A stretch of DNA of 62,063 bases, counting the filler, from Nitrospinae bacterium RIFCSPLOWO2_12_FULL_45_22 (GTDB taxonomy: Bacteria; 2-12-FULL-45-22): NCBI GenBank assembly GCA_001803565.1. It is 6 parts of 6 records of this genome, joined end to end, with 100 filler letters (N's around TTAATTAATTAA, not from the genome) between each part and the next. Parts side by side here need not be neighbours in the genome. Positions count along the whole stretch, not along the records: positions 31,151 to 37,463 come from MHDQ01000298.1; positions 37,564 to 49,756 come from MHDQ01000299.1; 4 more parts are not named here. One strand, given 5' to 3'. How positions within the stretch are numbered: position 1 is the stretch's first letter; each line of letters begins with the position of its first letter. This document shows positions 35,100 to 44,776 of this stretch, one piece after another. Made by a program: the position numbers and the translations under genes. The notes under the pieces are model-generated. The model was not told where the DNA came from. It ran no database searches and saw nothing but the letters and a program-made list of their open reading frames with translations.

Positions 35100-36236
35100 T
35101 TATCTGGTAGCTCCCCGGGTCGGCAATTGCACTATGGCAGTCCCTAAGGCTGTCACTTCGTTACGTTGATTCTCGCACCGAATCTCACACTCTACTAGAT
35201 ACTCCTGCCCCTGGGTATGTTTTTGCCTCACCCTTCCTTTACACCACTGGGTATCCCCTTCGATATTATGACGCCGGACCTGGATATTTAGGCGCTTCAG
35301 CCAGCCATCATCCCCCATCCAATTAGTTACCAGGTGCCCGAGCCAGGATATGCGCTGCGGACCATAGTCATACAATCCAGGTACTCCCACCCGAATGGCC
35401 ATATCATCGTCATAATGGACACTTTCTGGGACATCGGGCACATTAAGCCGGTTGCGAATCGGGGTACTTGGGTGGCGCTTCAAATAGGAGTAGCGGATTT
35501 CATTGGCCCACATAAAAGGTTCATTACCCCATCCAATCTTGAAGGCTACTATATCGCTGACCGTTAGGGGCCCCTTAACTACCAGGGTAAGTTCTTCACC
35601 AGGCTGAACATCTTCCCAATAGCGGGGGGGTGCCCCACGGATCTCTTCTCTTTCAATGGCAGCCCAGATAACTTCTAATTCTTCATCGTTATAGACATGC
35701 TTTGTTATCCCATAGTACTTACCTTTCTCGCGGGCTGCATCCCTTTCATGCCGGATAGTTTGGGTAAAGAGCTCAGCTACTATCTCTCCTTTCTGGTTCC
35801 TATATACCTGACGCATAATCTGCAAAAAACTCCTGCCGGCAAACTCACTATGGGTTTTTTCTATAAGCTCATGCAGTTGACCAGTAACGCTAATGCGATC
35901 ATTGAGCCGCACAGGCTTATGGAAATGCCAATCAGTACCGGAATGCATACCATGGACTCCTGGTAGGCCCATACGCCCGGCCATCATTGTTGTAGAAAAA
36001 AGCCACGTCGGTGGGGCAATGAGGCCACCATAGAGGGTCTTCCTGGCATATTCTTCATCGCGCCACAGGGGATTCAGGTCACCTATGGCATCAGCCCAGT
36101 GTCTAATAGCATCTTTGGTAGCTACTTCATTGAATTGCCGGCGGGCGGGATATTCTATCCCTTTCTCGCCTAATAATTCCTGGATCATTTCCTCAGTTAT
36201 CTTAGTCTCAGTACCTCGCCTCTTGGCCTCTTTCAT
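35100..36236 (-). CDS. Double hot-dog MaoC/FAS1-like dehydratase
   Basis: IRHWADAIGDLNPLW..IAPPT, RYWEDVQPGEEL, YGPQRISW. Confidence 0.88.
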   Translation of the reverse strand: MKEAKRRGTETKITEEMIQELLGEKGIEYPARRQFNEVATKDAIRHWADAIGDLNPLWRDEEYARKTLYGGLIAPPTWLFSTTMMAGRMGLPGVHGMHSGTDWHFHKPVRLNDRISVTGQLHELIEKTHSEFAGRSFLQIMRQVYRNQKGEIVAELFTQTIRHERDAAREKGKYYGITKHVYNDEELEVIWAAIEREEIRGAPPRYWEDVQPGEELTLVVKGPLTVSDIVAFKIGWGNEPFMWANEIRYSYLKRHPSTPIRNRLNVPDVPESVHYDDDMAIRVGVPGLYDYGPQRISWLGHLVTNWMGDDGWLKRLNIQVRRHNIEGDTQWCKGRVRQKHTQGQEYLVECEIRCENQRNEVTALGTAIVQLPTRGATR

Positions 36237-36251
36237 AGAATAGCCTCCCTA

Positions 36252-37451
36252 TTATCTCCGCATTATTGCCCCAGCTTTTTCTAGTTCTTCCATCTGCGCT
36301 TTATTGTATCCTAGTTGCAGCAATATCTCCTCAGTATTTTGCCCCAATACCGGGGCCAAGGAACGGACCTGTCCCGGTGTTCCAGATAGTTTAATCGGAA
36401 TGCCCACCTGCCTTACCGTACCTACTTCCGGCTCGTCCAGCTCCAGGAGCATCTTTCGCTGGATGATTTGTGGGTCAGTAAAGACCTCATTCAAATCATA
36501 AACCGGTGCTACACAAATATCTTTCTCCTTAAACTCCGCAAACCATTCATCCCGGGTCCTGGTGCGAAAAGCCTCCCGGAGAAAAGCAAATATCTCTTCG
36601 CGCTTCTGGCTAGTATCGTGCTGATGAGGAATATAATCTTCACGCCCTAAAGCCCGGCAGAGATTAGCCCATAGGTGGGGTTCTGCACAGGCAATAGTGA
36701 TATATTTCCCATCCTTAGCCTCATAAACACTAAAGAAGGGGAAGGCACCATTCAGCATCATCTCTCCTCGCCTGGGTACGTTACCGGTGAGGAAATAATC
36801 GGCGGCTAAGTTAGTCATAAGGGCCACCACACCGTCGGTCATAGACATATCAATATATTGCCCTTTGCCGGTCTTCTGCCTGGCCATAAGGGCAATCAAT
36901 ATGGCAATAGTAGAGAATAGCGAGCCGCCGGCCCAGTCTGCCACAAAGTTCAAGGGAATGACCGGTGGGCCACCAGCCTGCCCTATCAGCCCTAATGCCC
37001 CACCGATGGAGATATAATTAGCATCATGCCCAGGTAATTTGCTATAAGGGCCATCCTGACCATAGCCGGAAATAGAGCAATAGATAATCCCCGGATTTAT
37101 GGCCTTCATCGTATCATAATCAACTCCCAGGCGCTTAACCACGCCGGGCCGGAAACCTTCTATTATCACATCGCTCTTCTCGGCCAGTTTATAAAATATC
37201 TGGCGGGCATCCGGGTGCTTTAAGTTTAGAGCTATGCTCTTCTTGTTCCGGTTTATGGCGCGGAAAGCCGCCTTTTTCCGGGCATCTTCGCCAGTAGGCG
37301 AGATACTGGAGCCGAAGATAGTAGTGCCAGGTTTTGGTGGCTCATCAATCTTTGTTACCTCAGCCCCCATATCCCCTAAGATCATAGTAGTAAAGGCCGC
37401 AATCCCTACCCGAGATAAATCCAGTATCCTGATGCCTTCCAAGGCCAACAT
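36252..37451 (-). CDS. CaiB/BaiF family III CoA-transferase
   Basis: LEGIRILDLSR, NRNKKSIALNLK, EGFRPGV, GYGQDGPY, GHDANY, APVLGQNT. Confidence 0.93.
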   Translation of the reverse strand: MLALEGIRILDLSRVGIAAFTTMILGDMGAEVTKIDEPPKPGTTIFGSSISPTGEDARKKAAFRAINRNKKSIALNLKHPDARQIFYKLAEKSDVIIEGFRPGVVKRLGVDYDTMKAINPGIIYCSISGYGQDGPYSKLPGHDANYISIGGALGLIGQAGGPPVIPLNFVADWAGGSLFSTIAILIALMARQKTGKGQYIDMSMTDGVVALMTNLAADYFLTGNVPRRGEMMLNGAFPFFSVYEAKDGKYITIACAEPHLWANLCRALGREDYIPHQHDTSQKREEIFAFLREAFRTRTRDEWFAEFKEKDICVAPVYDLNEVFTDPQIIQRKMLLELDEPEVGTVRQVGIPIKLSGTPGQVRSLAPVLGQNTEEILLQLGYNKAQMEELEKAGAIMRR

Positions 37452-37463
37452 CTCTATCCCTCC

Positions 37464-37563
37464 NNNNNNNNNNNNNNNNNNNNNNNNNNNNNNNNNNNNN
37501 NNNNNNNTTAATTAATTAANNNNNNNNNNNNNNNNNNNNNNNNNNNNNNNNNNNNNNNNNNNN
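37464..37563. other. Artificial contig linker
   Basis: N44-TTAATTAATTAA-N44. Confidence 0.98.
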
Positions 37564-37803
37564 ATCGAACCACCCAAGAAATATATCTACGGGGGTGGGA
37601 TAAAGGATCATGATGAGATACCTTATAAATTGCTCTATCTCAATAGAGATAAGCGCTACGAAAAGGACCGGGCCCAAAAGGCCCTTATGGATGCTATATT
37701 CGGTAAGGTTACCTCAGCGCTCAATCTATATGATACTTATGTCAAGGGGAGAGAGCTAGACCCAGAACTGACTCAAACAGCCAAGGGGGTAAAGATGTTG
37801 TAG
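37564..37803 (+). CDS. C-terminal fragment of a hypothetical protein (5'-partial)
   Basis: 79 open codons from the contig edge: IEPPKKYIYGGG...TAKGVKML*. Confidence 0.5.
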   Translation: MEPPKKYIYGGGIKDHDEIPYKLLYLNRDKRYEKDRAQKALMDAIFGKVTSALNLYDTYVKGRELDPELTQTAKGVKML

Positions 37804-38149
37804 TCTCTGGGGCTAAGGCCAGGGCATTAAAATCACTGCTTTTCGGTGTTTTAGCTTACATTCCTCACCTTTTCGAGAGGGTAAGAAATAATTTGTAGCA
37901 ATTCTCCCATTCGTACCAAGGGAGAAAATTAATTTTCTCTCTACGCCAAGGGTGCGGCGGAACATAGGTTTTAGACAGGATTGACAGGATTTATAAATAT
38001 TTGTATATTTAGGCTAATTTAGCTTTAAATCCTTTTAAAAATGAAACTCTCTATAACTTGACATTGTCACATTATCTGAATCCATTGATACCACTACTTT
38101 AAAAGGTGGTGAAGTTTTGACAATACTGACCCAGTGAAAAGGAGTGCTT

Positions 38150-38392
38150 ATGAAGATACTGGATCGAAAAAAGCTAGAGGAACTCTTGGCGCCTTACCCA
38201 GGTTCAACTCTCAAAGAACGGTTCCAGCACTTCTGCCAGGAGAAAACAACTCAGAGCCCAAATCAATCCCCGGCCTTCTCCTCTCTGGTTGACCGAGGTG
38301 GTGAAAAAGTATATCTTTATGGCGAGAACCCCGCCTTAATTGAGCAATTGCGGGATGTTATCTGGCACGCACCTTCTGGTCGTACCGGATAG
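38150..38392 (+). CDS. Hypothetical protein
   Basis: SD AAGGAG before ATG 38150; 80 aa. Confidence 0.55.
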   Translation: MKILDRKKLEELLAPYPGSTLKERFQHFCQEKTTQSPNQSPAFSSLVDRGGEKVYLYGENPALIEQLRDVIWHAPSGRTG

Positions 38393-38553
38393 GCTTAGCC
38401 TGGAGGGAGATTTAAGCAGACAGAACTGCCCCTGGTTGAGCAACTCCCTTCTATTTGCCTATCCTTTAAATAAGCCTTAGATTCCCCTATACAAATAGGT
38501 TATCCCAATTCTCCTTAATTCCAATATAACAAGCGATCTACTAATTTGACTAT

Positions 38554-39840
38554 ATGATCCTCCAGAGCGGAAGCACAGTAGGTATCATAGGCGGTGGGCC
38601 GGGTGGGGCTTCTTGCGCCATCAAGCTTAAAAAAGAGGCCAGGAAATTAGGGAAAGAAATTAGGGTGGTACTCTTTGAGGGGAAGAACTTCGATACCCAT
38701 TACAATCAATGTTTGGGGATTCTATCGCCACCTATCCTGCCCCTCATAGAGCGAGAGCTGGATATAACCTTTCCTAGAGAGATCATTAAGCAAGAGATAT
38801 CTGGCTATAGGTTGTATAGTAGCGGTGAAGAAGTTCTACTATTCGGTGATGATATATTAGGCCCTACCTATGCGGTAAGGAGGGTTAATTTTGATAAGTT
38901 TCTGCTGGATTGCGTTCGAAAAGAGGGTATAGATGTAGTTCAAAGCCGGGTTACCGGGGTAGAGTTTGGAAACACTCAAGGGCGGGATGATGTTCGGATT
39001 TATAGTGAAGGGAGATATTTGCGGGCAGATATGGTGGTAGGGGCTTTTGGCCTTGATGAAGGGATGCTATCGGTTTTTGAAGAAAGTACTGCCGGTAAGC
39101 ATGGCTATATTCGTCCTATAAGATTTCTAAAGACTATTATTACGAAATTTCATCCGGAAAAGGGGTTTATTAAGAAGAAATTAGGGAGTATCATCTATGT
39201 CCTGCTATTCCCTCCCCTTATCCCTAATATAGAGTTTGCCTCTATAGCGCCAAAGGGAGATCATATCGCGGTGAACATTGCCGGTAAAAATATTACCTCT
39301 GAAGATATGGATTCCCTGCTGGATTTGCCAGAGGTAAGGAGGCTCTTGCCGGGTTTTAAGAGAGAAGATCTTCACTATTATAGCGGAAAATTTCCTACCT
39401 GCCCAGCCAAAAATCCTTATGGTGACCGATATGTAATGGTAGGAGATGCCACGGGATGGATAAGACCCTTTAAAGGGAAAGGGATAAATACCGCCATCTT
39501 CACAGGTTTAAAGGCCGCAGAGACTATAATACACTATGGTATTTCTAAAAGAGCGCTTGAGAATTATACCTCAAACTGTAAGGAATTAGCGGATGATTTT
39601 ATATATGGATTAGTTGTGAGGTATATGACCAAATTGGCTTGTCGTACCGGCCTATTCAAGGTCCTAATGCTGATGGCACAAATAGATCCTCAGATGTATG
39701 ATGCCTTTTATAATGCAGTTTCAGGTCAAGATTCTTACAAAAATATTATCCGAAGCACCATGAGCAAGAGGTTGACAAAGAGAATTGGTTTAGAGATGAT
39801 GAAACAACTGCCAAAGTTTAAGATTCTTCCGACTCGATAA
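38554..39840 (+). CDS. FAD-dependent oxidoreductase (geranylgeranyl reductase-like fold)
   Basis: IIGGGPGGA, RVNFDKFL, VGDATG.IRPFKGKGI. Confidence 0.85.
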   Translation: MILQSGSTVGIIGGGPGGASCAIKLKKEARKLGKEIRVVLFEGKNFDTHYNQCLGILSPPILPLIERELDITFPREIIKQEISGYRLYSSGEEVLLFGDDILGPTYAVRRVNFDKFLLDCVRKEGIDVVQSRVTGVEFGNTQGRDDVRIYSEGRYLRADMVVGAFGLDEGMLSVFEESTAGKHGYIRPIRFLKTIITKFHPEKGFIKKKLGSIIYVLLFPPLIPNIEFASIAPKGDHIAVNIAGKNITSEDMDSLLDLPEVRRLLPGFKREDLHYYSGKFPTCPAKNPYGDRYVMVGDATGWIRPFKGKGINTAIFTGLKAAETIIHYGISKRALENYTSNCKELADDFIYGLVVRYMTKLACRTGLFKVLMLMAQIDPQMYDAFYNAVSGQDSYKNIIRSTMSKRLTKRIGLEMMKQLPKFKILPTR

Positions 39841-39848
39841 ATACGGGT

Positions 39849-40286
39849 ATGAAAAAAAGTATCATTAGGCAGATGAAGTTAGAGGATATTCCTTACATTA
39901 TTAGGATCGATGAGAAGATCGTTGGTCATCCTAACGAGGCAAAGTATAGAGACAAAATACCTGGTTATATTGCTCGATGCCCTGAGGCTTGTCTGGTGGC
40001 AGAGGTAGAGGGTACGGTAGTAGGATTTCTTTTAGGAGATATTAGGGGGTGGGATTTTGGGGTTCCTTTATCCGGCTGGTTAGAAATACTAGGGGTGGAC
40101 CCCTATTGGCAGGGTAAAGGAATAGGTAAGAAATTAACCCAGGCCTTTCTGGAATATTGCAAGGGTAACGGCATTGAATCAGTCCAGACTATGGTCAATT
40201 GGAACGAGGGTGACCTGATAGATTATTTCAGGGCGCTGGGCTTTAAAAGGAGTGAATATCTTAATCTTCAGAAAAAGCTAACCTAA
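39849..40286 (+). CDS. GNAT acetyltransferase
   Basis: LGVDPYWQGKGIGKKL, YFRALGF. Confidence 0.9.
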   Translation: MKKSIIRQMKLEDIPYIIRIDEKIVGHPNEAKYRDKIPGYIARCPEACLVAEVEGTVVGFLLGDIRGWDFGVPLSGWLEILGVDPYWQGKGIGKKLTQAFLEYCKGNGIESVQTMVNWNEGDLIDYFRALGFKRSEYLNLQKKLT

Positions 40287-40361
40287 GGATGTACCTTTGC
40301 CCACCCAGCGGTGAAATAAAAATTCTATTTTATGGTAAAACTTTAGAAAAAGGGGGGATTA

Positions 40362-41147
40362 ATGATGGAGTTAGAGAATATAATATGGGAAACTAGAGAC
40401 CAGATAGCTATCATAACTTTGAACCGCCCAAAGGTGCTAAATGCCTTGAATAGCAAAACTATAGCGGAATTGGACCGGCTTATAATGCGAGTCGAAAGAG
40501 ATTCCAAGCTAATGGCCGCTATTATAACTGGCTCTGGTAACAGGGCTTTTAGTTCTGGTGCGGATGCTGGAGAAATTTTGGACTTAATACCTGCTGAGAG
40601 CCCATCCCTAGCCCGGAGAGGGCAAACAGTTTTCACCAGGCTAGAAAGTATAGAAAAACCTGTAGTAGCAGCGATAAATGGTTTTGCTTTGGGTGGCGGC
40701 TGCGAGCTGGCCCTAGCCTGTACCTTCAGGGTAGCAGCAGAGACTGCAAAGTTTGGCTTTCCGGAAGTCAAGCGGGGTATAATTCCTGGGTATGGTGGTA
40801 CCCAGAGGCTACCTCGCCTTATTGGTAAGGGACGGGCACTAGAGATGATTTTAACTGGAAGAATGATGGCTGCTTGGGAAGCCTACCAGATAGGATTGGT
40901 GAACAAGGTAGTTCCTGAGGCTGAGCTTATGGAGGCTTCTATTCAATTAGTGGGAGAGGTTATCCAGAATGCCCCCATTGCTATCCGCATGGCCCTGCAA
41001 TCTGTCAATCAGGGCATCAATATGGATATAGAAAGAGGCCTGGCGTATGAAGCAAATCTCTTTGGCATTTGCTTTACTACCGAAGATAAGCAAGAAGGGA
41101 TCAGGGCCTTTAGGGAGAAGAGACCTCCTCAATTCAAGGGCCGCTAA
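40362..41147 (+). CDS. Enoyl-CoA hydratase (crotonase family)
   Basis: LNRPKVLNALN, AAINGFALGGGCELALAC, PEVKRGIIPGYGGTQRL. Confidence 0.95.
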   Translation: MMELENIIWETRDQIAIITLNRPKVLNALNSKTIAELDRLIMRVERDSKLMAAIITGSGNRAFSSGADAGEILDLIPAESPSLARRGQTVFTRLESIEKPVVAAINGFALGGGCELALACTFRVAAETAKFGFPEVKRGIIPGYGGTQRLPRLIGKGRALEMILTGRMMAAWEAYQIGLVNKVVPEAELMEASIQLVGEVIQNAPIAIRMALQSVNQGINMDIERGLAYEANLFGICFTTEDKQEGIRAFREKRPPQFKGR

Positions 41148-41318
41148 TATACTTATTTTTTGCCAACTAACCTAGAAAGACTCCGGACACCGCTTTACTT
41201 TGCCACCACCTCTGAGGTGAAAAGGAAGATTTGACTTGCTTTTTTATTTGGCTATATTATATTAACACCCTGGTTAGTATTCAAGTGGAAACTGTTAGGT
41301 AAGAAAAAGGTTTAATTT

Positions 41319-41591
41319 GTGGTAAAAAATTTTTTTATATTTCTTATTATACTCCTTCTATTATCTTCTACCTCGGGTATCCTGAGGGCTATTTCCCCTC
41401 CCTGCCACCATTGTGATACGGGGACAGGTTCCTGCCACTGGGTAACGGGGGCATATTGCTGTCATTCCTATACTCTCATGATGATAGAAACGCCTTTATT
41501 TCTAATGGTCTTTATCTCGTTTCTAACAATCGGAAAAATCCAATCGCTCCAGTGGGGGTATAATCAATCCCTCTATAGACCTCCCCGATAA
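41319..41591 (+). CDS. Cys/His-rich small exported ORF ending RPPR (DUF2946-like leader)
   Basis: Signal-like N-terminus, PCHHC..SCH..CCH, C-terminal LYRPPR; directly upstream of the metal efflux operon. Confidence 0.6.
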   Translation: MVKNFFIFLIILLLLSSTSGILRAISPPCHHCDTGTGSCHWVTGAYCCHSYTLMMIETPLFLMVFISFLTIGKIQSLQWGYNQSLYRPPR

Positions 41592-41854
41592 ATACCTCCA
41601 TTATCCATAAGTAATCCCTTTTTTGTTGGACTGGCCAGGTTTTTGGATTAAACTGGCATGAGGGGATGATAGTATGGATATTTTCCAGCCAAAACGCTTT
41701 TCCTAGCTATTCATCGTAGAGATCACAGAGGACCGGGTACTCAGAGAGAACCTCGAGGGTTGCCCTTGCTATAGCCTGCTTAAGCCTCAGGCAAACCCAG
41801 GTGGTAAGCTCTTTGGATCTTCTGCGGTGATAGAAGATCAAAGGAGGTGGTTTT

Positions 41855-43108
41855 ATGGTTACCAGAATATTTTTTCTTATAGCAATCCTGATGGGATTGA
41901 TTCTTGTTCCACTGATCCGGGCCGAAGAGGCTAATCTAATATACCCTGACAAATTGATAGACGAGGCACTGAGAAATAACCCGGAGATATTAGCCGCCAA
42001 AGAGCGTTGGCGGGCTGCCCAGGCCCGGCCTTCTCAGGCCCGCACCTTGCCTGACCCGGAGATATCCTTCTCGCAGCGTAATATAGGGAGTGATTATACT
42101 ACCCTGGGAAAAGAGGATATGAGCCAGGCAGGTGGTTCTTTTGTCCAGAGGATACCCTTCCCCGGTAAGCTAGCCCTGCGGGGCGAAGTAGCTGAGAAAG
42201 AGGCCGAGCGCGAAGAGGCCACATTAGAAACAACCAGATACAATATCCGCTCCCGGGTAAAGGTAGCCTATTATGATCTCTATTTTGTCTATAAATCCAT
42301 TGAGACTATAGAGAAAGAGAAAGATATCCTGGAGAAGTTTGAGAAGACTGCGGAGGCCAGATATGCGGTAGGCAAGGGTATCCAACAGGATGTCTTACGG
42401 GCCCAGGTAGAGATCTCACGGCTCATTGACCGGCTTAATGTCCTGTATCTAAAAAGGGAGGGCCTGAATGCTTTAATCAATGCCCTATTGAACCGGCCAC
42501 CAGCCGCTTCCTTAGGTCAACCGGCGGAGTTTACTCGGGCAAAATTTCCCTATTCACTGGAACACCTGAACCAACTGGCTTTACAGAAGGCCCCACAGTT
42601 GGAAGAGAGGAAAAAGTTAATAGAACAGAATCAGGTATCGGTATCTCTGGCAAAAAAAGAATATTACCCTGATCTTAGTATTAGCGGAGGTTTTTTTTCC
42701 CGGGGCGATTTGAGGGACATGTGGGAGGTCACGGTAGGGGTTAGCATACCCCTTTATTTCCGTACCAAGCAGAGATATGGGGTAAAAGAGGCCATCTCTA
42801 GCCTTGATGCCGCAGAGCAGAGTCACCAGGGTACTAAGCAGGCCCTATTAGCGCGCATAAAAGAATTCTATATATCGGCTACTACCGCACAAAAATTAAT
42901 GGTCCTGTTCCAAACCGGTATTATACCCCAGGCTACCTTATCTCTGGAATCAGCTATTGCAGGCTATGAGGTAGGCAAGGTAGACTTCCTGACTCTATTG
43001 GATAACCTTATATCACTGCTTAATGATGAGCTTCGGTATTATGAAGAGATAGTAAATTTTGAGAAGGCCGTTGCACAATTAGAAGAGATCACCGGTCCAT
43101 TGGGCTAA
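41855..43108 (+). CDS. TolC-family outer membrane efflux protein (CusC-like)
   Basis: ALRNNPEI, LPDP, IPFPGKL, YYPDL, YEVGKVDFLTLLD. Confidence 0.9.
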   Translation: MVTRIFFLIAILMGLILVPLIRAEEANLIYPDKLIDEALRNNPEILAAKERWRAAQARPSQARTLPDPEISFSQRNIGSDYTTLGKEDMSQAGGSFVQRIPFPGKLALRGEVAEKEAEREEATLETTRYNIRSRVKVAYYDLYFVYKSIETIEKEKDILEKFEKTAEARYAVGKGIQQDVLRAQVEISRLIDRLNVLYLKREGLNALINALLNRPPAASLGQPAEFTRAKFPYSLEHLNQLALQKAPQLEERKKLIEQNQVSVSLAKKEYYPDLSISGGFFSRGDLRDMWEVTVGVSIPLYFRTKQRYGVKEAISSLDAAEQSHQGTKQALLARIKEFYISATTAQKLMVLFQTGIIPQATLSLESAIAGYEVGKVDFLTLLDNLISLLNDELRYYEEIVNFEKAVAQLEEITGPLG

Positions 43109-43136
43109 ATTATTCAAAGTAAATGTTCACGGGATC

Positions 43137-43227
43137 TGTCACCCTGAGCCCTTCGGCCCTGAGCAGGCCTCAGGGCAGGCTAAGCGAAGGGTCTCTGTTT
43201 AGATGCTTCGCTTCACTCAGCATGACA
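43137..43227. repeat. REP-like inverted repeat with nested insert
   Basis: TGTCACCCTGAG...GCGAAGGGTCT / AGATGCTTCGC..CTCAGCATGACA. Confidence 0.7.
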
Positions 43228-43252
43228 GGGTAAGGAAAAGGGGGGAAGAAAA

Positions 43253-44701
43253 ATGGAGGGAAAAAAGAAAAGGAAGAAAAAGATAAGTTGGATGGTGTTT
43301 TTGGGGCTGGTAGCCCTAGTGGTGGCTTATGGTTATAGGGCTGGCTGGCGTATCGAGCTGACCAAAATGGCCAGTATGGAGCATAAAGGGGACGAACAGG
43401 CCAAAAGAGATCTTATATCTGAGAAGGTAAGTCCTGAAGGGCACGAAGGACACACCATGGCACCAGCAAAACCTACTGCCGAAGCCAGGAAAGAAAAGAA
43501 AATACTCTATTGGCAAGACCCTATGCACCCGGCTTATACCTCAGATAAGCCTGGGAAGGCACCTGATTGCGGCATGGACTTAGTGCCGGTATACGCTGAT
43601 GAAGGATTGCCAGAAGAAAACCTGCCGCCCGGCACCGTGAAAATTAGTCCGCAGAAGCAGCAGCTTATTGGCGTGCAATATGGGGAGGTACTCTATCAAC
43701 CGCTCTCGAAAACCATCAGAGCTGTGGGTAAAGTCGCTTATGACGAGACAAAGATCGCCCGTATTCATACCAAGATCGAGGGTTGGATTGAACGGGTCTA
43801 TGTTGATTTTATTGGTAAACTGGTGAGAAAGAACCACCCTCTGATAAGCATTTACAGCCCTGAATTGGTTTCCACACAGCAAGAGCTTCTTCTTGCCCGG
43901 AGAGCGAAAGACTACTTAGGAGATAACCCCATTAGAGATATTTCGTCCAATGCTTTCTCTCTTTACGAAGCGACAAGGGACCGGCTGCGTTTGTGGGACA
44001 TCACGGATGAACAGATAAAGGAAATCGAGCAACGGGGCACGCCCACAAAGACCCTGATACTTTACTCTCCCATTAATGGCTTTGTGCTTACCCGCAACGC
44101 TTTCGAAGGGCAACGCATTACCCCGGAGGCAGAACTCTACGCTATAGCTGACCTTTCGACTGTCTGGGTGCTGGCTGATATCTACGAGTATGAGCTGCCG
44201 ACTATCAAGCTCGGGCAAACTGTTACGATGACGGTTTCCTACTTCCCTGGGAAGACGTTTAAAGGCAAGGTAGCTTATATCTATCCCCAACTCGATAACA
44301 CTACCCGTACCTTGAAAGTCCGGGTGGAATTTTCCAACCCTGATTTCCAGTTGAAACCGGATATGTATGTTAATGTGGAATTGTTTATTGATTACGGCCA
44401 GCAGTTAGCCCTGCCGGGAGATGCAGTGCTAGATTCCGGGAGTAATCAGGTTGTTTTTGTAGCGCGAGATGGGGGTTACTTTGAGCCACGAAAGGTTATC
44501 CTGGGACAAAAGGCGGGTGACTTCTTCATCGTCATTGATGGTGTCAAAGCCGGTGAGCGTGTGGTTACCTCTGCCAACTTCTTGATTGACTCGGAGAGTC
44601 AATTAAAGGCGGCGCTAGGGGGAATAAGTCATATGGGACATGGTGATGGGACACCTACAGCCGGCGAGCAGAAGGCCCCAACTCCTCAGCCAGGTGGCTG
44701 A
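43253..44701 (+). CDS. cusB: Heavy-metal RND membrane fusion protein (CusB-like)
   Basis: YWQDPMHP..DKPGKAPDCGMDLVP, IYSPELV, TRTLKVR, LKPDMY, NFLIDSESQL. Confidence 0.88.
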   Translation: MEGKKKRKKKISWMVFLGLVALVVAYGYRAGWRIELTKMASMEHKGDEQAKRDLISEKVSPEGHEGHTMAPAKPTAEARKEKKILYWQDPMHPAYTSDKPGKAPDCGMDLVPVYADEGLPEENLPPGTVKISPQKQQLIGVQYGEVLYQPLSKTIRAVGKVAYDETKIARIHTKIEGWIERVYVDFIGKLVRKNHPLISIYSPELVSTQQELLLARRAKDYLGDNPIRDISSNAFSLYEATRDRLRLWDITDEQIKEIEQRGTPTKTLILYSPINGFVLTRNAFEGQRITPEAELYAIADLSTVWVLADIYEYELPTIKLGQTVTMTVSYFPGKTFKGKVAYIYPQLDNTTRTLKVRVEFSNPDFQLKPDMYVNVELFIDYGQQLALPGDAVLDSGSNQVVFVARDGGYFEPRKVILGQKAGDFFIVIDGVKAGERVVTSANFLIDSESQLKAALGGISHMGHGDGTPTAGEQKAPTPQPGG

Positions 44702-44776
44702 CCTAATCATTCGGAGCATGAGCAACCAATGGCGCATTCCGGCCTTTAACCCAGGTCCTGAGCGGAGGTAAAAACT

